Source of the DNA: Octopus sinensis
Taxonomy: Eukaryota
Length of the DNA stretch: 64,000 nucleotides
Assembly (NCBI RefSeq): GCF_006345805.1
Contig: NC_043026.1
Span: forward strand, 10,230,001 to 10,294,000
Reading direction: 5' to 3'
Of this stretch, positions 10,520 to 23,682 are shown one piece after another (the first letter of the stretch is position 1; every line of letters starts with the position of its first letter). A program made the translations under genes and the position numbers. The notes beneath the pieces were generated by a model. It saw only the letters and a program-made list of their open reading frames with translations, ran no database searches and was not told where the DNA came from.

Positions 10520-10939
10520 AAGAGAAAAGTTTGATGAGACACTCAGTCACCGGCTGACACTCGCTGACGATACATCGAAGAGGCCAGGGAAGAGAAGGAA
10601 GAAGACATGCACCCAACACCAGAGCTGAAGACACCTCCGAAAGGGGGGGCACCGTCATGTCAAGACAGTAGAAGAGTAGGGGCCGAAACCGGACGTGGTT
10701 CCTCCTGATGATGTCTTCAGCTAACTGGATCCTATAAAGGATCTGTTATGGTAGCAGACCACGAAACACGGTTGTAATTCCTCAAATAATATAATTGCAG
10801 ATTCACGAAATAAATTAAATAACAAAACAAGATATTATTAAAGAATTATTTAACGAGAACTTTAGTCTTGAAACATTTTCACGATGATACTCCTACACAC
10901 CTCATTGGTCATAACTTCCTGGACAACCTTATAAATTAT

Positions 10940-11795
10940 ACGGTGTGGGTCTTCACAGTCACGGCATATCTCCAGAGGCCTGTGTCTCTTGTCATTGCCT
11001 CTGTGAAGCCCACCATTTGAAGTCATCCTTAACCACCTCATCTTATGTCTTCCTGGGTCTCCCTCTTCCGCAAGTTCCTTCCATTGTTAGGGAGTGACAC
11101 TTCTTCACAAAGCTCTCCTCATCCATATGCAGCACAGGAACATACAAACACAGTCGTCTCTCTTGCACACCACATCTGATGCTTCTCATATCCAACATTT
11201 CTCTAAGGGCACTTATACTCTGTCGTGCATGGACACTGACATTACACATCCAGCAGATCATACTAGCTTCATTTCTTTCAAGCCTACATATGTCCTCAAC
11301 AGTCATGGCCCATGTTACTCTGCCGTGTAGCATGGCAGTACACACACATGCATCATACAGTCTACATTTCACTGTGAACATGTGGTCCTTTGACACCAGT
11401 AGAGGCCGGATATTTCTGAACTTTGCACAGGCTATTCTTATTCTAGTGACAACGGTCTCCGAGCATCCACACCAACTACAGACATAGTCACCTAGGTAAC
11501 AGAAGTTATCAACTATTTCTAGTTTCTCCCTCTAGCATGTGATGGAATCTGTTTGCTGAGCATCTTCGGTGTTTATTGCTCCTGTGCATATGCCACACAC
11601 AAAAGCTGTCAGCCATAGCCTATACCAGTGTCGCATAACCAGCCCATTTCAGAAGTACCTTTGAATCGTTGGGTGACACACTGTGCTTAAGGGGACCTAC
11701 TAAGTCAAGTAAAATCAAAAATGGAAACTGTAGTTGTGGCCGATGCCAGCGCCACCTGACTGGCCCCCTGTGCCAGTGGAATGTAAAAAGCACCA
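10940..11795 (-). mobile_element. Degenerate RTE-clade LINE fragment (ORF C-terminus) plus an inverted 3'UTR piece, unit 1
   Basis: Translation KCRLYDACVCTAMLHG..TWA..LERNEASM..QERRL..GRGRPRKT matches the C-terminal pattern of RTE-clade ORFs. Confidence 0.8.
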
Positions 11796-12314
11796 TCAAA
11801 AAGTAACATTTTTCTTTTACGGCAGAGTCTGCCCCTTATTCAATAAAATTACAAAGGTTACCCTGATTACTACCCATAACATGCAAAATGTCATATTTTT
11901 TTGTAGATTAAAGAGCCATAATTCGCCCCTGCCCCTCAATTCCAGTGTTAAAACTATATATAGTACAACTGTAGTACATGTGCTGTGTACACTCCTATAA
12001 CAACGTTTTCTTTACATGCTAAAGACACAAGTAATTCTGCCTCCAACTCAGTCGCATGCCTGTGTTTCACTATGCAAACGTCACCGATGCCCTACCCTGG
12101 GTAATTACTGATGGCACATGCCTGTTATGTAGGGTTGTCAGGAGGAGGGGTTTTGGTACATTATGGAAAGGAATCTGTACAAGCAGTTGTGGAAGAAGGA
12201 GAGGCAAACATTACAAAAACAAAACAAAGAAATATAAAATTTTTGAAATATTTTTACTCATATTTTCCATTACACGAAACACAAGAATATTAAAAATATA
12301 TAGCGAACAAGGAA

Positions 12315-13616
12315 CTACCCTTTTCCTGTCTTCCCTGTATGAATATGTCTGTGTCTTGTTAAGACAGAATTTTGACGAAATGCTTTACCACAGATATTAC
12401 ATTGAAATGGTTTCTCTCCTGTATGAATAAGTTTGTGTCTAGTTAAGTGACTACTATTAGAGAATGATTTACCACAGATATCACAATGATATGGTTGCTC
12501 TCCTGTATGAATATTTTTGTGTCCAGTTAAGTTGCCATTTAGAGTGAATGATTTGCCACAGATATCACAATGATATGGTTTCTCTCCTGTATGAATACGT
12601 CTGTGTTTAGTTAACAAACTACTTTCAGAGAATGATTTGCCACAGATATCACAGTGATATGGCTTCTCTCCAGTATGAATACGTCTGTGTTTAGTTAACA
12701 AACTACTTTCAGAGAATGATTTGCCACAGATATCACAATGATATGGTTTCTCTCCTGAATGAATACGTTTATGTGCAATTAAGACACAATTATGAGTGAA
12801 TGATTTATCGCAGATATCACACTGATACGGTTTCTCTCCTGTATGAAGACGACTGTGTTTTGTTAAGGCAGTATTTTCAGAGAAAGAGTTACCACAAATA
12901 TCACAACGATATGGTTTCTCTCCTGTATGAGTACGCTTGTGTGCAATAACATGACTACTTCTAGAGAATGATTTACCACAGATATCACACTGATACGGTT
13001 TCTCTCCTGTATGAAGACGACTGTGTTTTGTTAAGGCAGTATTTTCAGAGAATGATTTACAACAGATATCACAATGATATGGTTTCTCCCCTGTATGAAT
13101 ATGTTTATGTCTAGTTAAAATACTATTCTGAGAGAATGATTTACCACAGATATCACACTGGTATGGCTTCTCTCCAGTATGAATACGTATGTGTGTAGAT
13201 ACGGCAGAACTGACAGAGAATAGTTTACCACAGATATCACACTGATATGGTTTCTCTCCTGTATGAATACGTATGTGTTTCATTAAGTTTCTATTGTTAG
13301 AGAATGATTTACCACAGACATCACAATGATATGGTTTCTCTCCCGTATGAATCAGTTTGTGATTCATTAAGTTTCTATTGTCAGCGAATGATTTACCACA
13401 GATATTGCAGTGAAATGGTTCCTCTCCTATATGAACATGTTTGTGTCCAGTTAAATGAATACTTTGAGAGAATGAATTACCACAGATTTCACAATGATAT
13501 GGTTTCTCTCCTGTATGAATACGTATGTGTGTAGATAAGTTAATACTTTGAGAGAATGATTTACCACAGATATCACAATGATAGGGTTTCTCCCCCATAT
13601 GAATACGTTTGTGCAT
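12315..13616 (-). CDS. C2H2 zinc-finger protein, array copy 1 (15 fingers)
   Basis: 433-aa uninterrupted finger ORF starting at the Met inside a degenerate first finger and ending [13 protein letters not shown]. Confidence 0.85.
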   Translation of the reverse strand: MHKRIHMGEKPYHCDICGKSFSQSINLSTHIRIHTGEKPYHCEICGNSFSQSIHLTGHKHVHIGEEPFHCNICGKSFADNRNLMNHKLIHTGEKPYHCDVCGKSFSNNRNLMKHIRIHTGEKPYQCDICGKLFSVSSAVSTHIRIHTGEKPYQCDICGKSFSQNSILTRHKHIHTGEKPYHCDICCKSFSENTALTKHSRLHTGEKPYQCDICGKSFSRSSHVIAHKRTHTGEKPYRCDICGNSFSENTALTKHSRLHTGEKPYQCDICDKSFTHNCVLIAHKRIHSGEKPYHCDICGKSFSESSLLTKHRRIHTGEKPYHCDICGKSFSESSLLTKHRRIHTGEKPYHCDICGKSFTLNGNLTGHKNIHTGEQPYHCDICGKSFSNSSHLTRHKLIHTGEKPFQCNICGKAFRQNSVLTRHRHIHTGKTGKG

Positions 13617-14409
13617 AATTAGTTTAATTTCTTTTAAAAAAAGACATCTGTAAAGATATCACAGTCACATGATCTAATCACTTCTCTCATGTGTTCAGAA
13701 GAAATGAATCATACAATTTTTTCACTCTCTTCCAATATTTTGCCTCTCAAATCCCAGTTTATATTTTTTCTTCTTTTTCTTTTTATACTTTATTTCTTGC
13801 AAACAGTTCTTCTGCTGTATTTATGTCCAGTGTTACTTATGTTTAGCAACACTTCAATTAATTTATCCAACTTCAATCAGCACACAGGCTTCTCTTCTTC
13901 ACACTCCAGTTGGTGATGTCCAGAAATTTGGCTAATAACATTTTTTCAGAACAAATGTTTCACAGGAATCCTTCTACAGTTTTGTAAAACCAATCTGATA
14001 CATCTGTTTCGGAGAATATTTTCTTTTAGTCTTTAAAACAGGATAGAGTTGAGGGTTCGTCTTCCGTTACACCACTGTCATCTGATGCTCTGAAATTAAA
14101 GACAAAGAACAGTGTCAGATGTAGAGGCTATTTAAAAAAATAAATGATTCATTTCTATAGAGATAATCTGAAGAGATAAACATTTGTCTTAACTGAGCTG
14201 GATGCTGACAGCACCATAAAGAAGTGCTAACCTCTAAAAGCAGATGGAACATGTGGGTCACCCAGAAAGACAGGCTATGAAGTGCTGAAGAACTTTTCAG
14301 GTGAGATGACAAAGGACCAACATTCCTGGGGCCTTGTTGTACTCAAGAAGATCCACACTTCATAACAGATTTGTTAAGACTCATCCCTCTTCTAGTTAAA
14401 AGCACTTAC

Positions 14410-14566
14410 GGCCATTCCTCATAAAAGTAGCCATGCAATGCCATGTAAAAATGCTGCTACATTCAAATGTCCATGTGGTGCCACATAAAAGCACCCTATG
14501 GCACAATATGTAGTGGTTGGCACTTGGAAAGGCATCCAGTAGAAACCATGACAATTCAGACTGAAG
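14410..14566 (+). mobile_element. RTE-type 3'UTR fragment in the putative intron (repeated in every unit)
   Basis: ggtgccacataaaagcaccc..gtggttggcacttggaaaggcatccagtagaaac resembles the reverse complement of 7810-7880. The complete 3' end is seen only at 62280-62495. Confidence 0.6.
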
Positions 14567-14849
14567 AAGTTAGTCGGGGAATTTTCACAATGCCGATTTT
14601 TGGCAATTTTCCGGAATGTCCGTATCCGAAAACGGGGATTTTTGGCAAAAAAAAATTAATTTTCAATAAACAAATTTGGGAGAAAATAGGGGTGGGCATT
14701 GGTGGAAGTCTTTTATTAATTTATTTTATTTCGTTTCCAAGTAATGTTGTAAACATTAACCAAATAAGGTTTTGGCTTCTAAACATTTCAGTATTTCTCA
14801 AACTAAAACACGCAACAAACGGGGCAACGATGGAGAGTGCAGACGGTAG

Positions 14850-15205
14850 CTTCCAAAGCTAGAAATAGCAGCTAAATCACACACGTAGCTAGAAATAACA
14901 GCCAAATCTCGCACAAATGAAGGACATCTCTCATTCATAAAACATAGAAGAGAAACAAAGAAATGAGGCGCCAAAAACCGAAACGTCTACAGAATTAAAA
15001 ACATTGAATATTTTCATTGTTTAATACTTACGGAACTGTTTCATAAAGGACAGTGTTGTTATGTATGTGTGTGTCTGGTAGTTGAGGAATACATTAGAAC
15101 TATTATAAATGTATTATTAGCTGATTAAGAGAAATTCACGCACCTGCACATTTAACCAGATATCAACGTCAAGCAGGAAGGACGTTTAAACGCGCATGTG
15201 TCGGT
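14850..15205 (-). promoter_or_regulatory. Proximal promoter/exon-1 module of copy 1 (repeated in units 1-8)
   Basis: Inverted homolog of 3230-3540. GTAAGT donor at 15031-15026, NRF1-like cgcgcatgtg at 15191-15200, acceptor tttaatttcAG at 14091-14090. Confidence 0.5.
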
Positions 15206-15257
15206 AGAAAATAGCGAAGGGAGCTAAGTCTCCTTAAATCAATTGGGTTTAATATCT

Positions 15258-15713
15258 TGTTTATTTATTTATTATTATTTTATCCAGTTTCAGCTCACGA
15301 GCTGTGGCCATGCTGGGGCACCGCCATTTGGTGTTGCTACATGATTTTACTTGACGAATGCTTTTTAGCACCTGCCATTTGGTGCATGAGAGAGTTCGAT
15401 GCAGCTGCCCTTATTTGCACCTCCTGCCGTGAAGTTGGTTCATCTGGGATACCTGACAGGAAGAGATCCAGTTTCATTTTAAAGACATCTGCATCCACCC
15501 CATGCAGGTCTCTCAGGTTCTTCGGGAGGATATTGAAGAGATGTGGGCCTCTGAAGCCCAGGCTATCACAGTATCTTGTCCTACATCTTGATGTCAAATT
15601 TGGAGTCCTTGGCACCACGCAGTGGCACACAGTTCTGGCATTTGTGTAACTCTCGATGCCAAAGTCTGGGACAAGTCCTTCTAGGATCTTCCGGGTGTAT
15701 ATTATTGCATATC
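15258..15713 (-). mobile_element. 5'-truncated CR1/L2-group LINE 3' end, unit 1
   Basis: Translation RYAIIYTRKILEGLVP..GPHLFNILPKNLRDL..FKMKLDLFLSGIPDEP..AASNSL is typical of CR1-group ORF2 C-termini. It has a short 3'UTR and an (AAT)n tail. Confidence 0.75.
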
Positions 15714-16675
15714 GTCGATAGCGTAGCTAAATGGAAATTAGCTAAATCTTGCATAAATTATAGACATCTCTCATCGATTGCTAGAAATAGCAGCCAAATC
15801 ACGCAAAAGTCAAGGACATCATTCGTTCATAAAACACAGAAGAGAAACAAAGAATCGATGCGCCAAAAAACCGAACGTCTACAGAATTAAAAGCATGGAA
15901 GATCTTCGTTGTTTAATACTTAGGGAAATGTTTCATAAGGGATAGTGTTGGTATATGTGTGTGTGTATCTGGTAGCTGAGGAATGCGTTAGAGTTATTAT
16001 AAATGAATTATCAGCTGATTAAAAGGAATTCATTCACAGGACATTTAAGCCATGTGTAACATGAAAATTTGTAGGATAGATGTCCCTACATCATATGTGA
16101 GAAAAAGGGCAGGGAACTGGGGAAGACGATTAAAAATGTAAATAAATACCTGTTGCACAGCCGCCAGCAGGCAGCCCCAGCAAGTTGTTAAGGTGAGACA
16201 GTGTCACACGACAACTTGCTGGGGCTGCCTGCTGGAGCCTTTGCGGCAGGTATTTAAAGAGAAAAATTTGATGAGACGGTCAGTCACCGGCTGACACTCG
16301 CTGACGATACATCGAAGAGGCCAGGGAACAGAAGAAAGAAGGCATGCACCCAACACCAGAGCTGAAGACACCTCCGAAAGTGGGGGCCCCGTCACGTCAA
16401 GACAGTAGAAGAGTAGGGGCCGAAACCGGGCGTGGTTCCTCCTGATGATGTCTTCAGCTAACTGGATCCTATAAAGGATCTGTTGTGGTAGCAGACCACG
16501 AAACACGGTTGTAATTCCTCAAATAATATAATTGCAGGTTCACGAAATAAATTAAATAACAAAACAAGATATTAAAGAATTATTTAACGAGAACTTTAGT
16601 CTTGAAACATTTTCACGATGATACTCCTACACACATCATTGGTCATAACTTCCTGGACAACCTTATAAATTATAC

Positions 16676-17530
16676 GGTGTGGGTCTTCACAGTCACGGCA
16701 TATCTCCAGAGGCCTGTGTCTCTTGTCATTGCCTCTGTGAAGCCCACCATTTGAAGTCGTGCCTAACCACCTCATCTTATGTCTTACTGGGACTCCCTCT
16801 TCCACAAGTTCCTTCCATTGTTAGGGAGTGACACTTCTTCACAAAGCTCTCCTCATCCATATGCAGCACAGGAACATACAAACACAGTCGTCTCTTGCAC
16901 ACCACATCTGATGCTTCTCATATCCAACATTTCTCTAAGGGCACTTATACTCTGTCGTGCATGGACACTGACATTACACATCCAGCAGATCATACTAGCT
17001 TCATTTCTTTCAAGCCTACATATGTCCTCAACAGTCATGGCCCATGTTACTCTGCCGTGTAGCATGGCAGTACACACACATGCATCATACAGTCTATATT
17101 TCACTCTGAAAGAGTGGTCCTTTGACACCAGTAGAGGCCGGAAATTTCTGAAATTTGCACAGGCTATTCTTATTCTAGTGACAACGGTCTCCGAGCATCC
17201 ACACCAACTACAGACATAGTCACCTAGGTAACAGAAGTTATCAACTATTTCTAGTTTCTCCCTCTAGCATGTGATGGAATCTGTTTGCTGAGCATCTTCG
17301 GTGTTTATTGCTCCTGTGCATCTGCCACACAAAAAAGCTGTCAGCCGTAGCCTATACCAGTGTTGCATAACCAGCCCATTTCAGAAGTACCTTTGAATCG
17401 TTGGGTGACACACTGTGCTTAAGGGGACCTACTGAGTCAAGTAAAATCAAAAATGGAAACTGTAGTTGTGGCCGATGCCAGCGCCACCTGACTGGCCCCC
17501 TGTGCCAGTGGAATGTAAAAAGCATCATCA
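16676..17530 (-). mobile_element. RTE LINE fragment, unit 2
   Basis: Near-identical copy of 10940-11795. Confidence 0.75.
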
Positions 17531-18046
17531 AAAAGTAACATTTTTCTTTTACGGCAAAGCATGCCCCTTATTCAATCAAATTACAAAGGTTACCCTGATT
17601 ACTACCCATGACATGCAAAATGTCTTATTTTTTTGTAGATTAAGGAGCCATAATTCGCCCCTGCCCCTCAATTCCAGTGTTAAAACTACATATAGTACAG
17701 CTGTAGTACATGTGCTGTGTACACTCCTATAACAACGTTTTCTTTACATGCTAAAGATACAAGTAATTCTGCCTCCAACTCAGTCGCATGCCTGTGTTTC
17801 ACTATGCAAACGTCACCGATGCCCTACCCTGGGTAATTACTGATGGCACATGCCTGATGTGTAGGGTTGTCAGGAGGAGGGGTTTTGGTACGTTACGGAA
17901 AGGAATCTGTAAAAGCAGTTGTGGAAGAAGGAGAGGCGAAAATTACAAAAAGAAAACAAAGAAATATAAAATTTTTGAAATATTTTTACTCATATTTTCC
18001 ATTACATGAAACACAAGAATATTAAAAATATATAGCGAACAAGGAA

Positions 18047-19263
<1,217 letters not shown>

Positions 19264-20903
19264 AATTAGTTTACTTTCTTTTAAAAAAAGACATCTATAA
19301 AGATATCACAGTCACATGATCTAATCACTTCTCTCATGTGTTCAGAAGAAATGAATCATACAATTTTTTCTCTCTTCCAATATTTTGCCTCTCAAATCCC
19401 AGCTTATATTTTTTCTTCTTTTTCTTTTTATACTTTATTTCTTGCAAACAGTTCTTCTGCTGTATTTATGTCCAGTGTTACTTATGTTTAGCAACACTTC
19501 AATTAATTTATCCAACTTCAATCAGCACACAGGCTTCTCTTCTTCACACTCCAGTTGGTGATGTCCAGAAATTTGGCTAATAACATTTTTTCAGAACAAA
19601 TGTTTCACAGGATTTCTTCTACAGTTTTGTAAAACCAATCTGATACATCTGTTTCGTAGAATATTTTCTTTTAGTCTTTAAAACAGGATAGAGTTGAGGG
19701 TTCGTCTTCCGTTACACCACTGTCATCTGATGCTCTGAAATTAAAGACAAAGAACAATGTCAGATGTAGAGGCTATTTAAAAAAATAAATGATTCATTTC
19801 TATAGAGATAATCTGAAGAGATAAACATTTGCCTTAAGTGAGCTGGATGCTGACAGCACCACAAAGAAGTGCTAACCTCTAAAAGCAGATGGAACATGTG
19901 GGTCACCCAGAAAGACAGGCTATGAAGTGCTGAAGAACTTTTCAGGTGAGATGACAAAGGACCAACATTCCTGGGGCCTTGTTGTACTCAAGAAGATCCA
20001 CACTTCATAACAGATTTGTTAAGACTCATCCCTCTTCTAGTTAAAAGCACTTACGGCCATTCCTCATAAAAGTAGCCATGCAATGCCATGTAAAAATGCT
20101 GCTACATTCAAATGTCCATGTGGTGCCACATAAAAGCACCCTATGGCACAATATGTAGTGGTTGGCACTTGGAAAGGCATCCAGTAGAAACCATGACAAT
20201 TCAGACTGAAGAAGTTAGTCGGGGAATTTTCACAATGCCGATTTTTGGCAATTTTCCGGAATGTCCGTATCCGAAAACGGGGATTTTTGGCAAAAAAAAA
20301 ATTAATTTTCAATAAACAAATTTGGGAGAAAATAGGGGTGGGCATTGGTGGAAGTCTTTTATTAATTTATTTTATTTCGTTTCCAAGTAATGTTGTAAAC
20401 ATTAACCAAATAAGGTTTTGGCTTCTAAACATTTCAGTATTTCTCAAACTAAAACACGCAACAAACGGGGCAACGATGGAGAGTGCAGACGGTAGCTTCC
20501 AAAGCTAGAAATAGCAGCTAAATCACACACGTAGCTAGAAATAACAGCCAAATCTCGCACAAACGAAGGACATCTCTCATTCATAAAACATAGAAGAGAA
20601 ACAAAGAAATGAGGCGCCAAAAACCGAAACGTCTACAGAATTAAAAACATTGAATATTTTCATTGTTTAATACTTACGGAACTGTTTCATAAAGGACAGT
20701 GTTGTTATGTATGTGTGTGTCTGGTAGTTGAGGAATACATTAGAACTATTATAAATGTATTATTAGCTGATTAAGAGAAATTCACGCACCTGCACATTTA
20801 ACCAGATATCAACGTCAAGCAGGAAGGACGTTTAAACGCGCATGTGTCGGTAGAAAATAGCGAAGGGAGCTAAGTCTCCTTAAATCAATTGGGTTTAATA
20901 TCT

Positions 20904-21363
20904 TGATTATTTATTTATTATTATTTTATCCAGTTTCAGCACACGAGCTGTGGCCAGGCTGGGGCACCGCCATTTGGTGTTGCTACATGATTTTACTTCA
21001 CGAATGCTTTTTAGCACCTGCCATTTGGTGCATGAGAGAGTTCGATGCAGCTGCCCTTATTTGCACCTCCTGCCGTGAAGTTGGTTCATCTGGGATACCT
21101 GAGAGGAAGAGACCCAGTTTTATTTTAAAGATATCTGCATCCACCCCATGCAGGTCTCTCAGGTTCTTCGGGACGATATTGAAGAGATGTGGGCCTCTGA
21201 AGCCCAGGCTATCACAATATCTTGTCCTACATCTTGATGGCAAATTTGGAGTCCTTGGCACCACGCAGTGGCACACAGTTCTGGCATTTGTGTAACTCTC
21301 GATGCCAAAGTTTGGGACAAGTCCTTCTAGGATCTTCCGGGTGTATATTATTGCATATCTCTC
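20904..21363 (-). mobile_element. CR1-group LINE 3' fragment, unit 2
   Basis: Copy of 15258-15713. Confidence 0.75.
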
Positions 21364-22307
21364 GTCGATAGCTGGAAATAATAGCTAAATCTTGCACAAA
21401 TTATAGACATCTCTCATCGATTGCTAGAAATAGCAGCCAAATCACGCAAAAGTCAAGGACATCATTCGTTCATAAAACACAGAGGAGAAACAAAGAATCG
21501 ATGCGCCAAAAAACCGAAAGTCTACAGAATTAAAAGCATGGAAGATCTTCGTTGTTTAATACTTAGGGAAATGTTTCATAAGGGATAGTGTTGGTATATG
21601 TGTGTGTGTATCTGGTAGCTGAGGAATGCGTTAGAGTTATTATAAATGAATTATCAGCTGATTAAAAGGAATTCATTCACAGGACATTTAAGCCATGTGT
21701 AACATGAAAATTTGTAGGATAGATGTCCCTACATCACGTGTGAGAAAAAGGGCAGGGAACTGGGGAAGGGGATTAAAAATGTAAATAAATACCTGTCGCA
21801 CAGGCTCCAGCAGGCAGCCCCTTAAGGTGAGACAGTGTCACACGACAACTTGCTGGGGCTGCCTGCTGGAGCCTTTGCGGCAGGTATTTAAAGAGAAAAG
21901 TTTGACGAGACAGTCAGTCACCGGCTGACACTCGCTGACGATACATCGAAGAGGCCAGGGAACAGAAGAAAGAAGGCATGCACCCAACACCAGAGCTGAA
22001 GACACCTCCAAAAGTGGGGGCCCCGTCACGTCAAGACAGTAGAGGAGTAGGGGCCGAAACCGGGCGTGGTTCCTCCTGATGATGTCTTCAGCTAACTGGA
22101 TCCTATAAAGGATCTGTTGTGGTAGCAGACCACGAAACACAGTTGTAATTCCTCAAATAATATAGTTGCAGGTTCACGAAATAAATTAAATAACAAAACA
22201 AGATATTAAAGAATTATTTAACGAGAACTTTAGTCTTGAAACATTTTCACGATGATACTCCAACACACCTCATTGGTCATAACTTCCTGGACAACCTTAT
22301 AAATTAT

Positions 22308-23165
22308 ACGGTGTGGGTCTTCACAGTCACAGCATATCTCCAGAGGCCTGTGTCTCTTGTCATTGCCTCTGTGAAGCCCACCATTTGAAGTCATCCCTAA
22401 CCACCTCATCTTATGTCTTCCTGGGTCTCCCTCTTCCGCAAGTTCCTTCCATTGTTTGGGAGTCACACTTCTTCACAAAGCTCTCCTCATCCATATGCAG
22501 CAAAGGAACATACAAACACAGTCGTCTCTCTTGCACACCACATCTGATGCTTCTCATATCCAACATTTCTCTAAGGGCACTTATACTCTGTCGTGCATGG
22601 ACACTGACATTACACATCCAGCAGATCATACTAGCTTCATTTCTTTCAAGCCTACATATGTCCTCAACAGTCATGGCCCATGTTACTCTGCCGTGTAGCA
22701 TGGCAGTACACACACATGCATCATACAGTCTACATTTCACTCTGAACGAGTGGTCCTTTGACACCAGTAGAGGCCGGAAATTTCTGAACTTTGCACAGGC
22801 TATTCTTATTCTAGTGACAACGGCCTCCGAGCATCCACACCAACTACAGACATAGTCACATAGGTAACAGAAGTTATCAACTATTTCTAGTTTCTCCCTC
22901 TAGCATGTGATGGAATCTGTTTGCTGAGCATCTTCGGTGTTTATTGCTCCTGTGCATCTGCCACACACAAAAGCTGTCAGCCGTAGCCTATACCAGTGTC
23001 GCATAACCAGCCCATTTCAGAAGTACCTTTGAATCGTTGGGTGACACACTGTGCTTAAGGGGACCTACTGAGTCAAGTAAAATCAAAAATGGAAACTGTA
23101 GTTGTGGCCGATGCCAGCGCCACCTGACTGGCCCCCTGTGCCAGTGGAATGTAAAAAGCACCATC
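22308..23165 (-). mobile_element. RTE LINE fragment, unit 3
   Basis: Copy of 10940-11795. Confidence 0.75.
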
Positions 23166-23682
23166 AAAAAGTAACATTTTTCTTTTACGGCAGAGTCTGC
23201 CCCTTATTCAATAAAATTACAAAGGTTACCCTGATTACTACCCATAACATGCAAAATGTCATATTTTTTTGTAGATTAAAGAGCCATAATTCGCCCCTGC
23301 CCCTCAATTCCAGTGTTAAAACTATATATAGTACAACTGTAGTACATGTGCTGTGTACACTCCTATAACAACGTTTTCTTTACATGCTAAAGACAAAAGT
23401 AATTCTGCCTCCAACTCAGTCGCATGCCTGTGTTTCACTATGCAAACGTCACCGATGCCCTACCCTGGGTAATTACTGCTGGCACATGCCTGATATGTAG
23501 GGTTGTCAGGAGGAGGGGTTTTGGTACATTATGGAAAGGAATCTGTAAAAGCAGTTGTGGAAGAAGGAGAGGCAAACATTACAAAAACAAAACAAAGAAA
23601 TATAAAATTTTTGAAATATTTTTACTCATATTTTCCATTACACGAAACACAAGAATATTAAAAATATATAGCGAACAAGGAA

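Noticed and set aside
10620-10722. Hammerhead ribozyme (CTGAAGA, GAAA and CTGATGA motifs close together)
   Set aside because: I could not build stems I and II with the required geometry around either core motif; only a plain hairpin is supported.
11043-11396. Functional reverse transcriptase genes
   Set aside because: Only C-terminal fragments with stops and degenerate conserved residues; no RT catalytic core in the window.
13689-14862. Short ORFs recurring in each unit (MCSEEMNH.., MSSHLKSS.., MWPMPAPP.., MPVFHYAN..)
   Set aside because: Recurrence is explained by recent DNA duplication. They are frameshifted in some units, lie in leader/intron/UTR or repeat sequence, and show no recognisable domain.
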